A stretch of 64,000 nt of DNA from an uncultured candidate division Zixibacteria bacterium (GCA_963713865.1 OY970208.1:1506449-1570448), one strand, 5' to 3'. Positions 20,282 through 31,438 are shown, counted from the stretch's first letter. The notes: generated from the sequence alone by a model not told the origin. Numbers and translations are program-made.

Positions 20282-21432
20282 CTATTATAATCTATTGGTT
20301 TAGATTCTGCCCCAAATTCTTGAAAGAGTTTTTGAGTTTTCCCTGCGGTTTTTCCCCAAGTAAACTTTTTTACCCTTTCAAATCCTCTTTTTATCAACTC
20401 TTCTCTTAACTTTTTATCAGTCAAAACATGCATTATCTCCTTGGCTATTTCCTCTTCGCTTTCTGGGTTCACCAGTAATGCAGCATCTCCTAAGATCTCA
20501 GGTAGGGATCCTGCTTTTGAGGCTACAACTGGTACTCCGCAAGCCATAGCTTCCAGAGGTGGTAATCCAAATCCTTCCCAGAGGGAGGGAAAAACAAAGA
20601 CCTCAGCCACATTCATTAAGTCAATTATGTCTTTATCCTCAAGAGGTCCAGTGAAAATAACTTTTTGTTCAAGATTTAATTGGGTAACCATTTTTTTTAA
20701 GGAATCTATATTTCGAGTATCACCGCTACCAAGTACTAACTGACAATTTTCATAATCTTGCAAGATCTTAAAAGCCCTGATCAACCTGGGAAGATTTTTA
20801 TAAGGCCTGGTGTTACCAATGTAAAGGATTATTCTCTTGGTTATATGAAAATCTCTTCTAACCTTTTCCACTAATTGTAAATCCAAACCTTTTCGAAAAC
20901 AGGATTCAACCCCTTCATATATCACTTTAATCTTATCTTCGGGTAAATTCAGATACTCAACTAAATCACTTTTGGTCGTTTCCGAAACGGCAATTATTTT
21001 GCTGGCTCTTCTTAAAGTCAAGGGCACAAAAAGTCTTACAAACCATCTTGCAAATAGTTTAGCAATCGGTTTCCTACCTTCAAAAAAACCTGGAAATCTC
21101 AGACCCATTAAATCATGCACCGTTACTATTACTGGGCAAAGAGCCCATAAGGGAGCTAAGAAAAATGGCGAATGAAAAAGATCTATCTTTTCTTTCTTTA
21201 TTATTCTATGTAACCAGCACAAAGTATATAAAGATAGTGGAGAAGAATTAACTTTTATAAATTTCAGGTTACAGGTCTTTTTTAGATTAAGTTCAAGATA
21301 GTCCTTATTTAAAATGAGGATGTACTGATTTTCAAAATCTCTGGATAGCAAATGTTGAATTAGATTCTTGGTATACCTGCCAATACCAGTCATTTTATTG
21401 TCCAGCATCCTGGCATCAATTCCTATGCGCAT
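20278..21432 (-). CDS. glycosyltransferase family 4 (GT-B)
   Basis: PPLEAMACGVPVVAS signature. Start placed at the internal MRIGIDARML to avoid overlap with the next gene. Confidence 0.75.
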   Translation of the reverse strand: MRIGIDARMLDNKMTGIGRYTKNLIQHLLSRDFENQYILILNKDYLELNLKKTCNLKFIKVNSSPLSLYTLCWLHRIIKKEKIDLFHSPFFLAPLWALCPVIVTVHDLMGLRFPGFFEGRKPIAKLFARWFVRLFVPLTLRRASKIIAVSETTKSDLVEYLNLPEDKIKVIYEGVESCFRKGLDLQLVEKVRRDFHITKRIILYIGNTRPYKNLPRLIRAFKILQDYENCQLVLGSGDTRNIDSLKKMVTQLNLEQKVIFTGPLEDKDIIDLMNVAEVFVFPSLWEGFGLPPLEAMACGVPVVASKAGSLPEILGDAALLVNPESEEEIAKEIMHVLTDKKLREELIKRGFERVKKFTWGKTAGKTQKLFQEFGAESKPIDYNR

Positions 21433-22396
21433 AACTAAAAGCCCTAACTTTCTTATAATCCCATGGCGCAAGTAACACCCTAAGATAACCTTTAATTTTC
21501 TGCTTTGTCTCCCCATCTTCTGGATTAAATAAATATTTTAAAACCCAGAAACCGAATCTCAAACCTGCCCCTATAAACTGTAATAACCGAAAAAGCACGA
21601 CCCGGTTTAAAGGATAAAACTTTTTAACAAAAGTAAATTCGTTTTGAAACCTTAAAAATATCACCTTCTCTAAGTCCTGTTTACTGCTCTGCCCCTGATA
21701 ATGAAAAACTTTAGCCCCGGGAACAGGTGAAATCTTCCATCCCCTTTCTTTTATTCTATAACACAAATCCATATCCTCACCGTAAAGAAAATAGCTTTCG
21801 TCCATACATCCTACTTGTTCTAAAGCTTTTCTTCTTATCACCATTGCTCCGCCTAAGACCCTATCTATGTTTTGAGGCACATTTTCCAAAGGATAATCCC
21901 AGAAAAAAGGCTGGGTTAGCTTATTCCGGGGCAGAATCCTGAAAAGTGAAAACATCCGACCTATGGTGTTAAGAATAGTGGGAAATCTGTAGAATGAATC
22001 CTGAGGGGTTTCGTCTAGATTATAAACATAACAGCCACCTATGCCAGTATCTGGATTTTCCTGCATAAATTCGATGATTTTATTCAAGGTCAAAGGATCG
22101 ATATTGGTATCAGGGTTCAAGAGAAAAAGATATTCTCCTTGGGCAATTTTAAACCCTTGATTACAAGCTTTAGCAAAACCTAAATTCTCTTTATTGGCGA
22201 TTAACTTCACTTGTGGAAATTCAACTTTTATCATTTCCACGCTGCCATCCTCTGAGGCATTATCGATCACTATAACCTCATAGCTATCTTCAGCCAATTT
22301 CGAAAATATTGAACTCAGGCATTCCCTTAAAAGACCCCTGACATTCCAGTTGACTATTATTATAGACAATTTTATTCTGTTAACCGTATTATTCAC
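21416..22396 (-). CDS. glycosyltransferase family 2
   Basis: KLSIIIVNWN...VIVIDNASEDGS GT-A signature. Confidence 0.8.
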   Translation of the reverse strand: MNNTVNRIKLSIIIVNWNVRGLLRECLSSIFSKLAEDSYEVIVIDNASEDGSVEMIKVEFPQVKLIANKENLGFAKACNQGFKIAQGEYLFLLNPDTNIDPLTLNKIIEFMQENPDTGIGGCYVYNLDETPQDSFYRFPTILNTIGRMFSLFRILPRNKLTQPFFWDYPLENVPQNIDRVLGGAMVIRRKALEQVGCMDESYFLYGEDMDLCYRIKERGWKISPVPGAKVFHYQGQSSKQDLEKVIFLRFQNEFTFVKKFYPLNRVVLFRLLQFIGAGLRFGFWVLKYLFNPEDGETKQKIKGYLRVLLAPWDYKKVRAFSYAHRN

Positions 22397-22490
22397 CTCA
22401 TCTTTAGAATAAGATAATTCTCAAGTAATTCTTGGTAAGGGCAAAAAATTTCTTCATAAGGTTTTTGAATGAAAGTATTCTGTTCAAAAA

Positions 22491-23573
22491 TTAATAGTCA
22501 TCAAGATTAGAAAGAATAGCTTTTTCAAATATTTTAGCTGACTCCTTGAAGTCGAATCTTCTTATAAAGTTTGCTCCGGCTTGAGCTAATTTTATACGCA
22601 GGGGTTGATCTTCTATAAGTTTAATTATTTTTTCTGCCAGTTCGACTGGGTCCCTAACCTTGGTAAGTAGCCCGGTTTCTTGGTCGATTACAAATTCTTC
22701 TGCACCTTTATTCCTTACACTTATAACTGCACACCCACAAGCCATTGCTTCAGCCGTGGGCAACCCCCAACCCTCAGACCAGCTCGGATTTATGAATATA
22801 CTGCAACTATTGTAAATATCTAAAAGATGTGAAGGTGAAGGGTTTCTCCAATATTCTATCCAGGAGGGTATTTCTGGATTTCGTGGACAAACACTAAAAA
22901 AAACAGCTTGGACTTCAGGAAATCTCTGCTTTACAATCTCTAAAGCTCTTATTCCGTCTTTTGAACCTTTCCAATTGTATACAGAATAACACATTCCTAT
23001 TCTTCCAGGAAATCGATTCTCGATAGGTTTCGTAATTTTGAAAACTTTAAAGTCTAATCCATTGGGTATGCAAGCTATTGCTTTTTCATTTAAATTCAAA
23101 AGCATTTTCTCAAGCCAAGTTGATACTACAATTTTTTTTATAGGCAGTTTAAAAGTAGTTATAATTTTTTCATCTTCCGTATCCCAGTTTTCATAGCCCT
23201 GAATGAAATAGAATTTAGTTCCTTTAACTTCGTTTAAGTTGTTTACAAATTCAGCAGTTGACCAAGCTGTAGCTACTACCGCGTCACTCAAAGGAAAATG
23301 CCTCTCATTTAGATTAAGAACTACAAGAATTTCTACTTTCGAGGAGAGTTTAAACCAATTGGGTTTAGATTTTCTAAAAAGTAGGCCCCTAAGCCAGAAT
23401 GCCAGTCTTATAAATTTCTTCCATAAAACCATATTTCCCCTGTGGAGTCTAAGTGTATGAACTATGCGCACCTTATGCCCTTTTTCTGCTAAGTAATTAG
23501 CGTAACTATATACAATCTTAAAGCCACCAGTCGGAAACCTTGCCCATCCAGGTAGTACAAATGTAATTTTCAT
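22491..23573 (-). CDS. glycosyltransferase family 4 (GT-B)
   Basis: PTAEAMACGCAVIS signature. 360 aa. Confidence 0.75.
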   Translation of the reverse strand: MKITFVLPGWARFPTGGFKIVYSYANYLAEKGHKVRIVHTLRLHRGNMVLWKKFIRLAFWLRGLLFRKSKPNWFKLSSKVEILVVLNLNERHFPLSDAVVATAWSTAEFVNNLNEVKGTKFYFIQGYENWDTEDEKIITTFKLPIKKIVVSTWLEKMLLNLNEKAIACIPNGLDFKVFKITKPIENRFPGRIGMCYSVYNWKGSKDGIRALEIVKQRFPEVQAVFFSVCPRNPEIPSWIEYWRNPSPSHLLDIYNSCSIFINPSWSEGWGLPTAEAMACGCAVISVRNKGAEEFVIDQETGLLTKVRDPVELAEKIIKLIEDQPLRIKLAQAGANFIRRFDFKESAKIFEKAILSNLDDY

Positions 23574-23596
23574 AGTCTCAGAATTAGAACCAAATT

Positions 23597-24583
23597 TTAA
23601 AAAATCACTGATCTAAAGGCTTCTCGATAAGCCTTCAATTTTACCTTTCTCCTTTTTATGGAGTCATTCTGATCAAATCTAAACTTAATATAAACCAAGC
23701 GGATTAAGAGGTCAATAAGCATAACTACCCTTATCAAGAAATTTCCCATTTTACTGTAATATTTTTGTCCGAAATAAGGTCTTCTTTTATAAGAATGAAG
23801 AGTACGAAGATATAGAGATTCAAAGTCTTCTAAAGAGCTTCCACCTATGATATGAATAATCCTTGTTTGTGGGAAAAACATCACCTGCCAACCATTACTT
23901 TTAGCTCGCCAGGCCAAGTCCACATCCTCGGAGAAAAGAAAATATTTCTCATCCAGAAAACCTATCTCCTCCAAGGTTTTCCCACGTATCAAAAGACAAG
24001 CACCAGATACCCAGAAGACCTCAAATGGATGCGGGCTTTCATTTATTAACCGGTCATAAAAACGATTAGTCCAGCTAACCGGTAAAATCTTTTCAAGTTT
24101 AAGATAGGTAGCTATATCTAAAACTTCTTTTAGGGGAGTAGGTTGAGAAAAGGCAGATCTCTGCACCTCCCCATGCTCATTTAGTACTTTGCAACCTAAG
24201 ATTCCCACTTTCGGATTTTCTTCAAGAAATCTAATCATCTCCTTAAAATTTGAATCTAGAATCTTGGCGTCAGGATTTAAAAGCAGGGCATATTCACCTC
24301 TCATTTCTCTGAAACCTTGGTTACAAGCCTTAGAAAATCCTAAATTTACAGTATTAACTATAAGTTCAACTAAAGGAAACTTGTCTTTGATTTTATCTTT
24401 AATATTGTCCTCTGAAGCATTATCTACTACAATAACTTCAAAATCCAACCCCTCTATCATCTGATAAATAGAAGAAAGACACCGAAGCAGAAAGTTCTGA
24501 GCTTTATAATTGACTATGATTATCGATAGTTTAATAATACTTTTAGTATTTGGATAATTATGATTCAATAAAGCTTTCCTCAA
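23597..24583 (-). CDS. glycosyltransferase family 2
   Basis: KLSIIIVNYK...EVIVVDNASED GT-A signature. Confidence 0.8.
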   Translation of the reverse strand: MRKALLNHNYPNTKSIIKLSIIIVNYKAQNFLLRCLSSIYQMIEGLDFEVIVVDNASEDNIKDKIKDKFPLVELIVNTVNLGFSKACNQGFREMRGEYALLLNPDAKILDSNFKEMIRFLEENPKVGILGCKVLNEHGEVQRSAFSQPTPLKEVLDIATYLKLEKILPVSWTNRFYDRLINESPHPFEVFWVSGACLLIRGKTLEEIGFLDEKYFLFSEDVDLAWRAKSNGWQVMFFPQTRIIHIIGGSSLEDFESLYLRTLHSYKRRPYFGQKYYSKMGNFLIRVVMLIDLLIRLVYIKFRFDQNDSIKRRKVKLKAYREAFRSVIF

Positions 24584-25966
24584 CTATTGAATTCTCGGTT
24601 TGAATATACTAAGTAAACCCAAAAAAAATAAAAACTCGATTCCGCTTACACGATAAAACCATTCTCCAGTATAAAAAGAAGAGATAAAAACGAAAAGAAC
24701 CATACCTAAAAGTGTAAAAGATATACTTAAATCTTGAGGAACTATAGATTGTTTAAATTTAGTCCAGCCCATTTTTAAAACCGCTAAGAAAAAATAGAAA
24801 AAAGCTATGATTCCAAAAATACCAGCTGAGGAGAGATAATAGAGAACTATATTATGAGGATCCAGTCCATAAATATAAAAAACTAATGGAGAAAATCTAA
24901 GTCCAGGAAACACTTGAACTAAGTTATAGAATTGGCCAAGTCCTATCCCCAGTATCGGATGATGAATAAAAGATTTTAAGGCTAGCCCCCAGAGATAAAA
25001 ACGTATCTGAGTAGTCTCAATATATCTGCCTGGTAGATAATAGAATCCATGATGGACCCTTTTCAAAAGCTCAGGATATACTGTAAGTAATATTCCAATT
25101 CCTAAGACCGCCAGGGATAATGAGATCAAAATTCTTCTTCTGAGGAACAATAATTTTAGTCTTTTAACCTTCGTTAAGGCTAGACCACTTAAAATCAAAT
25201 AAATCAAACTAAAACTCATCAATGCACCCCTCGTTTGAGTCGCCAAGAGGCTTCCAAGAAGAAGTAGAAAAAGGAAACCATAAATCAGTCTTTTATTAGC
25301 CCTGTCCTCAAACAAGAAGAACGAATAACAGATTATCAGACCTCCGATCGTCAAATCAGCTATGGATGGCCCAGCTAATCCGAAAACCCTGACTCTTCCT
25401 GAAGAGAGCCAGAATTGAAAAAGAGTATAAACCGAATGTATGGAAACCAGTACTATGAAAAATTTTAAAAAACGTGAAACTTCCTGAGTATCTATGCTCC
25501 AGCTTATCAGAAAATATATGCTAAATACCTGCAGGTGCCAGATATAAACTCTGATTCCACTTGCAAGATCAATCGTATTCAACAGAGAAAGGAGAAGAAC
25601 TGCAAGGAAAATAAAGATAGATCTATCTAAGACGGTTTTCCTGATAGAAAAAGAACCTGATATTAAGTAATATCCTAAAAAGGAGAATACTAAAAGAATA
25701 CTGACCAAATCCATCAACACAAAATACTTACCCATCAGGTAAATGTCATATCTTAAAAACAAACTGACCAATAATAAATACAGGCTTAGCTTGTAATTCA
25801 AAAGTAAAATAAGAACAATCCCTAAGGTTAAAGGAAAGATAAAAAATAAAGAACCTTTTACAGCAGATAGTAATACTAATACGATTATTACCAAGTCCAG
25901 CATTAGAAACATAAACAGAAGCTTACCTGATAAATTCAGTTCGAGCTTTTTAAACAAGGTTCTCAT
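24584..25966 (-). CDS. O-antigen ligase / Wzy-type polymerase family membrane protein
   Basis: More than 10 TM helices and a Wzy_C-like loop (LATQTRGALM). 460 aa. Confidence 0.65.
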   Translation of the reverse strand: MRTLFKKLELNLSGKLLFMFLMLDLVIIVLVLLSAVKGSLFFIFPLTLGIVLILLLNYKLSLYLLLVSLFLRYDIYLMGKYFVLMDLVSILLVFSFLGYYLISGSFSIRKTVLDRSIFIFLAVLLLSLLNTIDLASGIRVYIWHLQVFSIYFLISWSIDTQEVSRFLKFFIVLVSIHSVYTLFQFWLSSGRVRVFGLAGPSIADLTIGGLIICYSFFLFEDRANKRLIYGFLFLLLLGSLLATQTRGALMSFSLIYLILSGLALTKVKRLKLLFLRRRILISLSLAVLGIGILLTVYPELLKRVHHGFYYLPGRYIETTQIRFYLWGLALKSFIHHPILGIGLGQFYNLVQVFPGLRFSPLVFYIYGLDPHNIVLYYLSSAGIFGIIAFFYFFLAVLKMGWTKFKQSIVPQDLSISFTLLGMVLFVFISSFYTGEWFYRVSGIEFLFFLGLLSIFKPRIQ

Positions 25967-26604
25967 TTTTTACCTGCTTTAATCAAATATCCAGCCGTAA
26001 AAAATCTTTTAAACCCGCCCAGAGTCAAATTAATTCCGAATCTGTTTATAAATCTTGGAGGGATATGAGGTATCAACTTTTTAATAATCAGTCCAGATTC
26101 TTCAAAAAGCTTGACTAAACTTTTTTGGGTAAAAAATCTCAAATGTGTTTTGTCTAAAATCCCTGCCTCAACGTATTCCCATCTGTTAAATAGAATTAAA
26201 TCTTTCAATATCTCCCAATAACTGATATTAGGTATGCTGGCGATCATAAAGCCGGAGGATGATAGATAGACTTTGAGTTGCTTTAAAGTTTTCCAAGGAT
26301 CATAAAGATGCTCGAGTACGTCTCCTAAGACTATATAGTCGAAATAACCATCAGAAAAGGGGAGAGGTATCGCCTGAATATCTCCTATGATAACTTGATC
26401 TAACCTTTCTTTAGCTTTTAAAGCAGCAGGTTCAAATACCTCCACTCCTACCACCTCTTTGGCCTTACTAATTCTTTTCAATTCAGCTCCAGTGATTCCT
26501 TCTCCGCAGCCGATATCCAAGATTCTATTTCCCCTTCCTTCTACCAGGTCTATCAAATCTTGTCTTAGATACGAGTAATATTTTGGATCTTTACTTCTCT
26601 CCAA
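25963..26604 (-). CDS. class I SAM-dependent methyltransferase
   Basis: ILDIGCGEGITG motif I. 213 aa. Confidence 0.8.
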   Translation of the reverse strand: MERSKDPKYYSYLRQDLIDLVEGRGNRILDIGCGEGITGAELKRISKAKEVVGVEVFEPAALKAKERLDQVIIGDIQAIPLPFSDGYFDYIVLGDVLEHLYDPWKTLKQLKVYLSSSGFMIASIPNISYWEILKDLILFNRWEYVEAGILDKTHLRFFTQKSLVKLFEESGLIIKKLIPHIPPRFINRFGINLTLGGFKRFFTAGYLIKAGKK

Positions 26605-26616
26605 TTATTTTTTCTC

Positions 26617-28035
26617 CTAAGTTGAGCTTTTTAGAATTTTAAAAGCTATCCTCATATCCTCTCTGGTAATTCCTCTTAGGATAAACATCCAGATAAAATA
26701 TAATATAACACCGGTCAAGATTTTTATAAACAAATTAAAAGGCAAAAGGTAAAGGGTTAAAACCATCAGAAATGAGGAGGCAAAACCTTTAACCAAATAC
26801 TCTACTAAAGGAACTTTAACCAATCCTTTCGAATAGAAAAGAATTAAATTTAATACCGTTATTTCACAAATCATTGTGGCTATACTTGCACCTAACAGAC
26901 TATATTTAGGTATCAGGATGAAATTCAAAACTAAATTTATTAGGGCTCCTATACTCACTGAATACATATATTCCTTTTGTTTGTCTGCGGCTAAAAGCAA
27001 AAAGGCAAAGGGAGCATTTGTATATATAGTAAAAATGCTCCAGATCAGAATCTGCAAAGCCACAACCCCATCTAAATATAATGGTCCATACATAATCAGC
27101 ATTATCTCCTTAGAGAGTAAACATATCCCCATAGCAATTGGTATTCCCAAAAAAAGGGTGACACGCGAAGATTGCCGAACTATAACCTGTAGTTTCTCTT
27201 TGGACTCTTTATAAAAACGCGAAAGAGTAGGAAATAGCGCATTTCCGAATAAACCAGCAAAACCAATAAAAAGCAGGACTATCTTATAAGCTGCATTATA
27301 CCAACCAACCTGTTTTTCTCCTTTCATAAAACCCAACATAATTGTATCCAGATTATAATAAATTTGAATAACAACCAAAGAAAAACCCATAGGTAGCGAT
27401 TGTTTAAAAATCTCTTTCCAGGAAGAAGGATTAAAACTGAATTTAAAAGTTCCATTCATCTTAAAGAATAAAAGAGCTAAAAAGCTTAAAGATAAAAAAG
27501 CTGAGATGAATTTAATCAACGGAACCTGAAAGATATGAAAGCTATTTTTCACCATTAAAAATATCCCTGTAATGTAAAACAACTGTCCAACTAACTGTCC
27601 TAAGGCGATTATTTCCATTCGTTCAATTGATTGAAAAAACCAATTCAGGGTGAAGGAGAAGGTAAAGATGGTTAGTCCAAAGAGCAGAATAAGTTTCTTT
27701 ATCTCCCAGGGTTTATTTATAACCATAACAAATAGTACTAGAATGCCATAAGCGATAAGAGATGAAAATAATCTTATGCTTAGGATATTATTGACTATTT
27801 CCTTTTTCCTCCCTTGGTTTTTGGCGATTTCTCGAACCCCCCAGATATCCAGACCTTGATTTACCAATAAGATAAAATATACAATTATAGCTTGGGCAAA
27901 TTCAATTTTGCCAAACCCCTCTACAGTCAAAACCCTGGCTAAATAAATTACACTTATAAAACCTAAGGCTTTAGTTAAAAGGTCAGCAACAAGTAGAGAG
28001 GAAAAATTTTTAAAAACTTTTTTTGATATAGTCAA
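26617..28035 (-). CDS. Wzx-type oligosaccharide flippase (MOP superfamily)
   Basis: 472 aa with about 12-14 TM helices. N-terminus typical of polysaccharide biosynthesis flippases. Confidence 0.75.
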   Translation of the reverse strand: MTISKKVFKNFSSLLVADLLTKALGFISVIYLARVLTVEGFGKIEFAQAIIVYFILLVNQGLDIWGVREIAKNQGRKKEIVNNILSIRLFSSLIAYGILVLFVMVINKPWEIKKLILLFGLTIFTFSFTLNWFFQSIERMEIIALGQLVGQLFYITGIFLMVKNSFHIFQVPLIKFISAFLSLSFLALLFFKMNGTFKFSFNPSSWKEIFKQSLPMGFSLVVIQIYYNLDTIMLGFMKGEKQVGWYNAAYKIVLLFIGFAGLFGNALFPTLSRFYKESKEKLQVIVRQSSRVTLFLGIPIAMGICLLSKEIMLIMYGPLYLDGVVALQILIWSIFTIYTNAPFAFLLLAADKQKEYMYSVSIGALINLVLNFILIPKYSLLGASIATMICEITVLNLILFYSKGLVKVPLVEYLVKGFASSFLMVLTLYLLPFNLFIKILTGVILYFIWMFILRGITREDMRIAFKILKSST

Positions 28036-28088
28036 TGCGTAATAATTCTAATAAATGACTTTGTTTAATGAACATTGATTTTAGACTT

Positions 28089-29183
28089 CTACAAACTTTT
28101 TACCTTCTCAATCACAAAATCCTGTTCTTCTTTAGTCAGTCCCGGATAGATGGGGAGAGATATAACCTCCTGGGCTTTCTTCTCAGAATTGGGTAAATCT
28201 CCATTTTTATAGCCTAAATCTTCGAAGCATTTCTGCAGATGCAAGGGGAGGGGATAGTAAGTATCATACCCTATCTGATTCTGGGCTAAATGCTCTTTAA
28301 ATTTATCCCGGTTCTTAACCGCTATGGTATACTGGTTATAAATATGGTAATTGTAACTCTCTGCTTTAGGAGTAATAAGGTTCATCCCCTTATACGACTT
28401 ATCATAATAAGCTGCGTTTTTTCTTCTTTTTTCATGCCAGGAGTCTAAATATTTTAGTTTGACTCTTAAGATTGCCGCTTGCAGAGTATCCAATCGGCTA
28501 TTATACCCAACTGTAGTGTGAAAATATTTATTTTTGGAACCATGCGTCCTTAAGAGTCTTAATCTCTCAGCTAAATCCGGATCACTGGTCACTATCATTC
28601 CACCATCGCCCGCACCTCCTAAATTCTTTGAGGGATAAAAGCTAAAACATCCAGTATCTCCCAAAGAACCAGCTTTCTTCCCTTTGTATTTTGCACCAAT
28701 CGCCTGGGCAGCATCCTCTACCACTTTAAGATTATACTTTTTGGCCACTTCTAAAATCGGATCCATATCCGTACACTGACCGAAAAGGTGAACTGGCATT
28801 ATCGCTTTTGTCTTCCGGCTAATTTTTTTCTCGATCTGCTCAGGGTCGAGGTTATATGTAAATGGATCAATATCCACGAAAACCGGTATTGCCTTCAGAT
28901 TGGCAATCACTCCAGCTGAGGAGAAAAAAGAAAAAGTTGAGGTTATTACTTCATCCCCCGGCTCAACTCCAAAAACCCTTAAAGATAAAAGCAAGGCATC
29001 TGTACCTGAGGCAACCCCTATAGCATATTTGGTTTCACAATATCTGGCTATTTCTTCCTCTAAATTTTTAACTTCAGGCCCTAAGATGAACTGGGTATGA
29101 TTTAAAACCTCAAAAACAGCCTTATCAATCTCATCCTTTATAGAAGCGTATTCCCTTTTCAGATCCAGCAATGGAACCTTCAT
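28089..29183 (-). CDS. DegT/DnrJ/EryC1/StrS-family PLP-dependent sugar aminotransferase
   Basis: FILGPEVKNLEEEIARYCETKYAIGVASGTDAL N-terminal signature. 364 aa. Confidence 0.85.
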   Translation of the reverse strand: MKVPLLDLKREYASIKDEIDKAVFEVLNHTQFILGPEVKNLEEEIARYCETKYAIGVASGTDALLLSLRVFGVEPGDEVITSTFSFFSSAGVIANLKAIPVFVDIDPFTYNLDPEQIEKKISRKTKAIMPVHLFGQCTDMDPILEVAKKYNLKVVEDAAQAIGAKYKGKKAGSLGDTGCFSFYPSKNLGGAGDGGMIVTSDPDLAERLRLLRTHGSKNKYFHTTVGYNSRLDTLQAAILRVKLKYLDSWHEKRRKNAAYYDKSYKGMNLITPKAESYNYHIYNQYTIAVKNRDKFKEHLAQNQIGYDTYYPLPLHLQKCFEDLGYKNGDLPNSEKKAQEVISLPIYPGLTKEEQDFVIEKVKSL

Positions 29184-29198
29184 TTATTCCTCCAGATT

Positions 29199-29942
29199 TT
29201 ATTGATTTTCCAAGAGTTGATCTTCAGGCACATCTCCCCAGACCTTAGCTGGAGCACCTAATACTATCTTTTTTGGAGGCGTATCTTTAGTGACTATTGC
29301 TCCAGCTGCCACCTGTGAATCTTCAGCGATAACTTTTCCTGGCAGGATTGTAGCATTGAGCCCAATCCTTCCACCTTTTTTAACTATGACTCCCTTGAAA
29401 TGTTTAAACCTTTCTTTGTTCCTACCCATATAATTATCATTACTGGTTGCCACACAGGGAGCTATAAAACAATAATCTTCTAATTCAGAATAAGCGGTAA
29501 TATATACATTGGTTTCTAATTTACAGTAAGAGCCGATCTTACAGAAATTTTCTATGGCTACTCCTCTGCCAACAATGGTGAAAGCACCTATAGTCACATT
29601 TTCTCTGATGGTGGATAGATCCGCTACTAATATCTTATTTTCAAAAATCGCACCTCTGTATATAACTACAGATGTCCCTATAAGGCAGTTATCCCCGATT
29701 TTTGCCGGGGATAGCTCCTGCTCCTTGGTAGTGGCACTGATAACTGCTTTCATCGGCTTTTTGCCAATTACAGTATTATCATCAATCCTGACGTAATCAC
29801 CTATCCTGGTTTCTGGATAGATAGTAACGTTATTACCGATCACACATCCTTTCCCTATCTGAACCCCTTCTCCGATAATAGAATACCATCCTACTTTAAC
29901 ATTTTCACCTAATTTGGCTTTAGGGTCGATATAGTTTTGCAT
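29199..29942 (-). CDS. hexapeptide-repeat (left-handed beta-helix) sugar N-acetyltransferase (PglD/WbpD-like)
   Basis: Repeated [LIV]-G-x2-x-x hexapeptides throughout the protein. Adjacent to the DegT aminotransferase. Confidence 0.75.
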   Translation of the reverse strand: MQNYIDPKAKLGENVKVGWYSIIGEGVQIGKGCVIGNNVTIYPETRIGDYVRIDDNTVIGKKPMKAVISATTKEQELSPAKIGDNCLIGTSVVIYRGAIFENKILVADLSTIRENVTIGAFTIVGRGVAIENFCKIGSYCKLETNVYITAYSELEDYCFIAPCVATSNDNYMGRNKERFKHFKGVIVKKGGRIGLNATILPGKVIAEDSQVAAGAIVTKDTPPKKIVLGAPAKVWGDVPEDQLLENQ

Positions 29943-30008
29943 TCATGCTCCTGATTATTTCTTTGTTTTTCATAGGACAACCCTTTAGGGTTGTCTTCTG
30001 TTAATCTG

Positions 30009-30162
30009 CTGTAGTCGGAGCCCTGCGTCAATCTATCATTTTTATCTTTCGTAGGGCAAATCTCAAGATTCCTTCTGGACCTTCAGGTTTGCATCTTTTT
30101 TCCGCAAGGCTAAAGTCTCAAGATCTTGAGGTCTTGCCCTACAGTTTTTCGTAGGGCAGCCC
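30009..30162 (-). repeat. intergenic repeat element copy C, inverted orientation relative to copies A/B (modules 2 and 1)
   Basis: Reverse complement gives gcaaacctgaaggtccagaaggaatcttgagatttgccctacgaaa and ctgtagggcaagacctcaagatcttgagactttagccttgcggaaaaaa. Confidence 0.65.
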
Positions 30163-31416
30163 ATTTGGATTGCTTTTTCCCTTCTTTCTGAAATTTATGA
30201 TATTTTTTAAACCAGCAAGGTCCTTTCGCACAACCGAGATCATCTCTTCTACTCTTTTAAAATCCTCTGGCTGCCTTTTCTTTGCCTTATCCAGATATTC
30301 TAAACCAAATGAGAAAATGACACTGAGAAGCAAACTGGCAACCCCAGCTATTAAAACCATCATGGCCCGTTTAGGTTTAGCTTTTTCCTCTGGAGGAGAA
30401 GCTTTGTCAAGTATTTGAACAGTTGGAGTATTCTTCGTCTCTTCGATCTTGTATTGTTCATACTGCTGGGTCAAGAGCTCAAATAATGTTTCCTGAATCT
30501 TAACTTCTCGCATAAGTCGAACCAGTTCTAAACTTAATGCTGGTGCCTGGGTTAAAGGGACACCTAAGGCTTTGTTACCTTTATAGGATTGAGAACCAGA
30601 TTCAAAAACCTCCAATTGCTTTTTGATCTCATTAATTTTGGATTTCAATAGTTGAATCTGAGGATGGTTAGGTGACATGTTTTTGCTCAAGACATTCATC
30701 TCGATCTCAGAAGAGATCAGCTGGGCTTTTAGCTCTGCTGCTCCTTTAACTGAAGCTCTCATCTGTTCATCTAAGACTATAGCTCTATTCCTTTCCTGAA
30801 AACTTCTCAAACTATCCTCTGCTGCCTTCAGATTCGACTGTGTCTGATTCAACCTTTCCTCAATGAAGATTCTGGCATTCTTAGCTTTTGATGTATTGGT
30901 CAGCAGGTTTACCCGATCTAATTCTTCTACCAGTAGGTTAGCCACACGAGCGGCTCTTTCTCTATTTCTGTCCTCAAACTCAATTGAAATAATCCCTTCA
31001 CTCTCAACTTTCACCTGAAGATGTAAAAAGAATTCCCTTAAACCATCCTCCATCTTATTAACTCCATAAACCTTAAGTAGATTTTCTTTTTGGATTACTG
31101 AATCTACCACTGTCCTACTTTTGAGTATTGCCGCGAAAATATCGGATGGAGTTGCAGTCATAGGAAGGCTTAAGCCACTGAAACTGGAGAATTCCCCTAA
31201 AAGTGAGCTGGTAAGGCCAATTCCCAGACCACCACCTCTTTCTGGAGGTAAAAGGGTTGTTTTAGCCCGGTACCAGTTGGGTAAAAAAAGTGAAAATAGG
31301 GCAACAATAAAACATACCAGGATAAAATTCAAAAAGATAAACCTACGATATTTTACCAGAACTGCAAGGTAACTGTAAAGGTTTATCCTCTCTTCTTTTG
31401 AAGTCACCTCTTCCAC
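30139..31416 (-). CDS. polysaccharide co-polymerase / chain-length determinant (Wzz/GumC-like), no kinase domain
   Basis: N-terminal and C-terminal TM helices flank a long coiled-coil region. 425 aa. Confidence 0.7.
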   Translation of the reverse strand: MEEVTSKEERINLYSYLAVLVKYRRFIFLNFILVCFIVALFSLFLPNWYRAKTTLLPPERGGGLGIGLTSSLLGEFSSFSGLSLPMTATPSDIFAAILKSRTVVDSVIQKENLLKVYGVNKMEDGLREFFLHLQVKVESEGIISIEFEDRNRERAARVANLLVEELDRVNLLTNTSKAKNARIFIEERLNQTQSNLKAAEDSLRSFQERNRAIVLDEQMRASVKGAAELKAQLISSEIEMNVLSKNMSPNHPQIQLLKSKINEIKKQLEVFESGSQSYKGNKALGVPLTQAPALSLELVRLMREVKIQETLFELLTQQYEQYKIEETKNTPTVQILDKASPPEEKAKPKRAMMVLIAGVASLLLSVIFSFGLEYLDKAKKRQPEDFKRVEEMISVVRKDLAGLKNIINFRKKGKSNPNGLPYEKL

Positions 31417-31438
31417 TTATCTTCTCCTTTTAAGAATC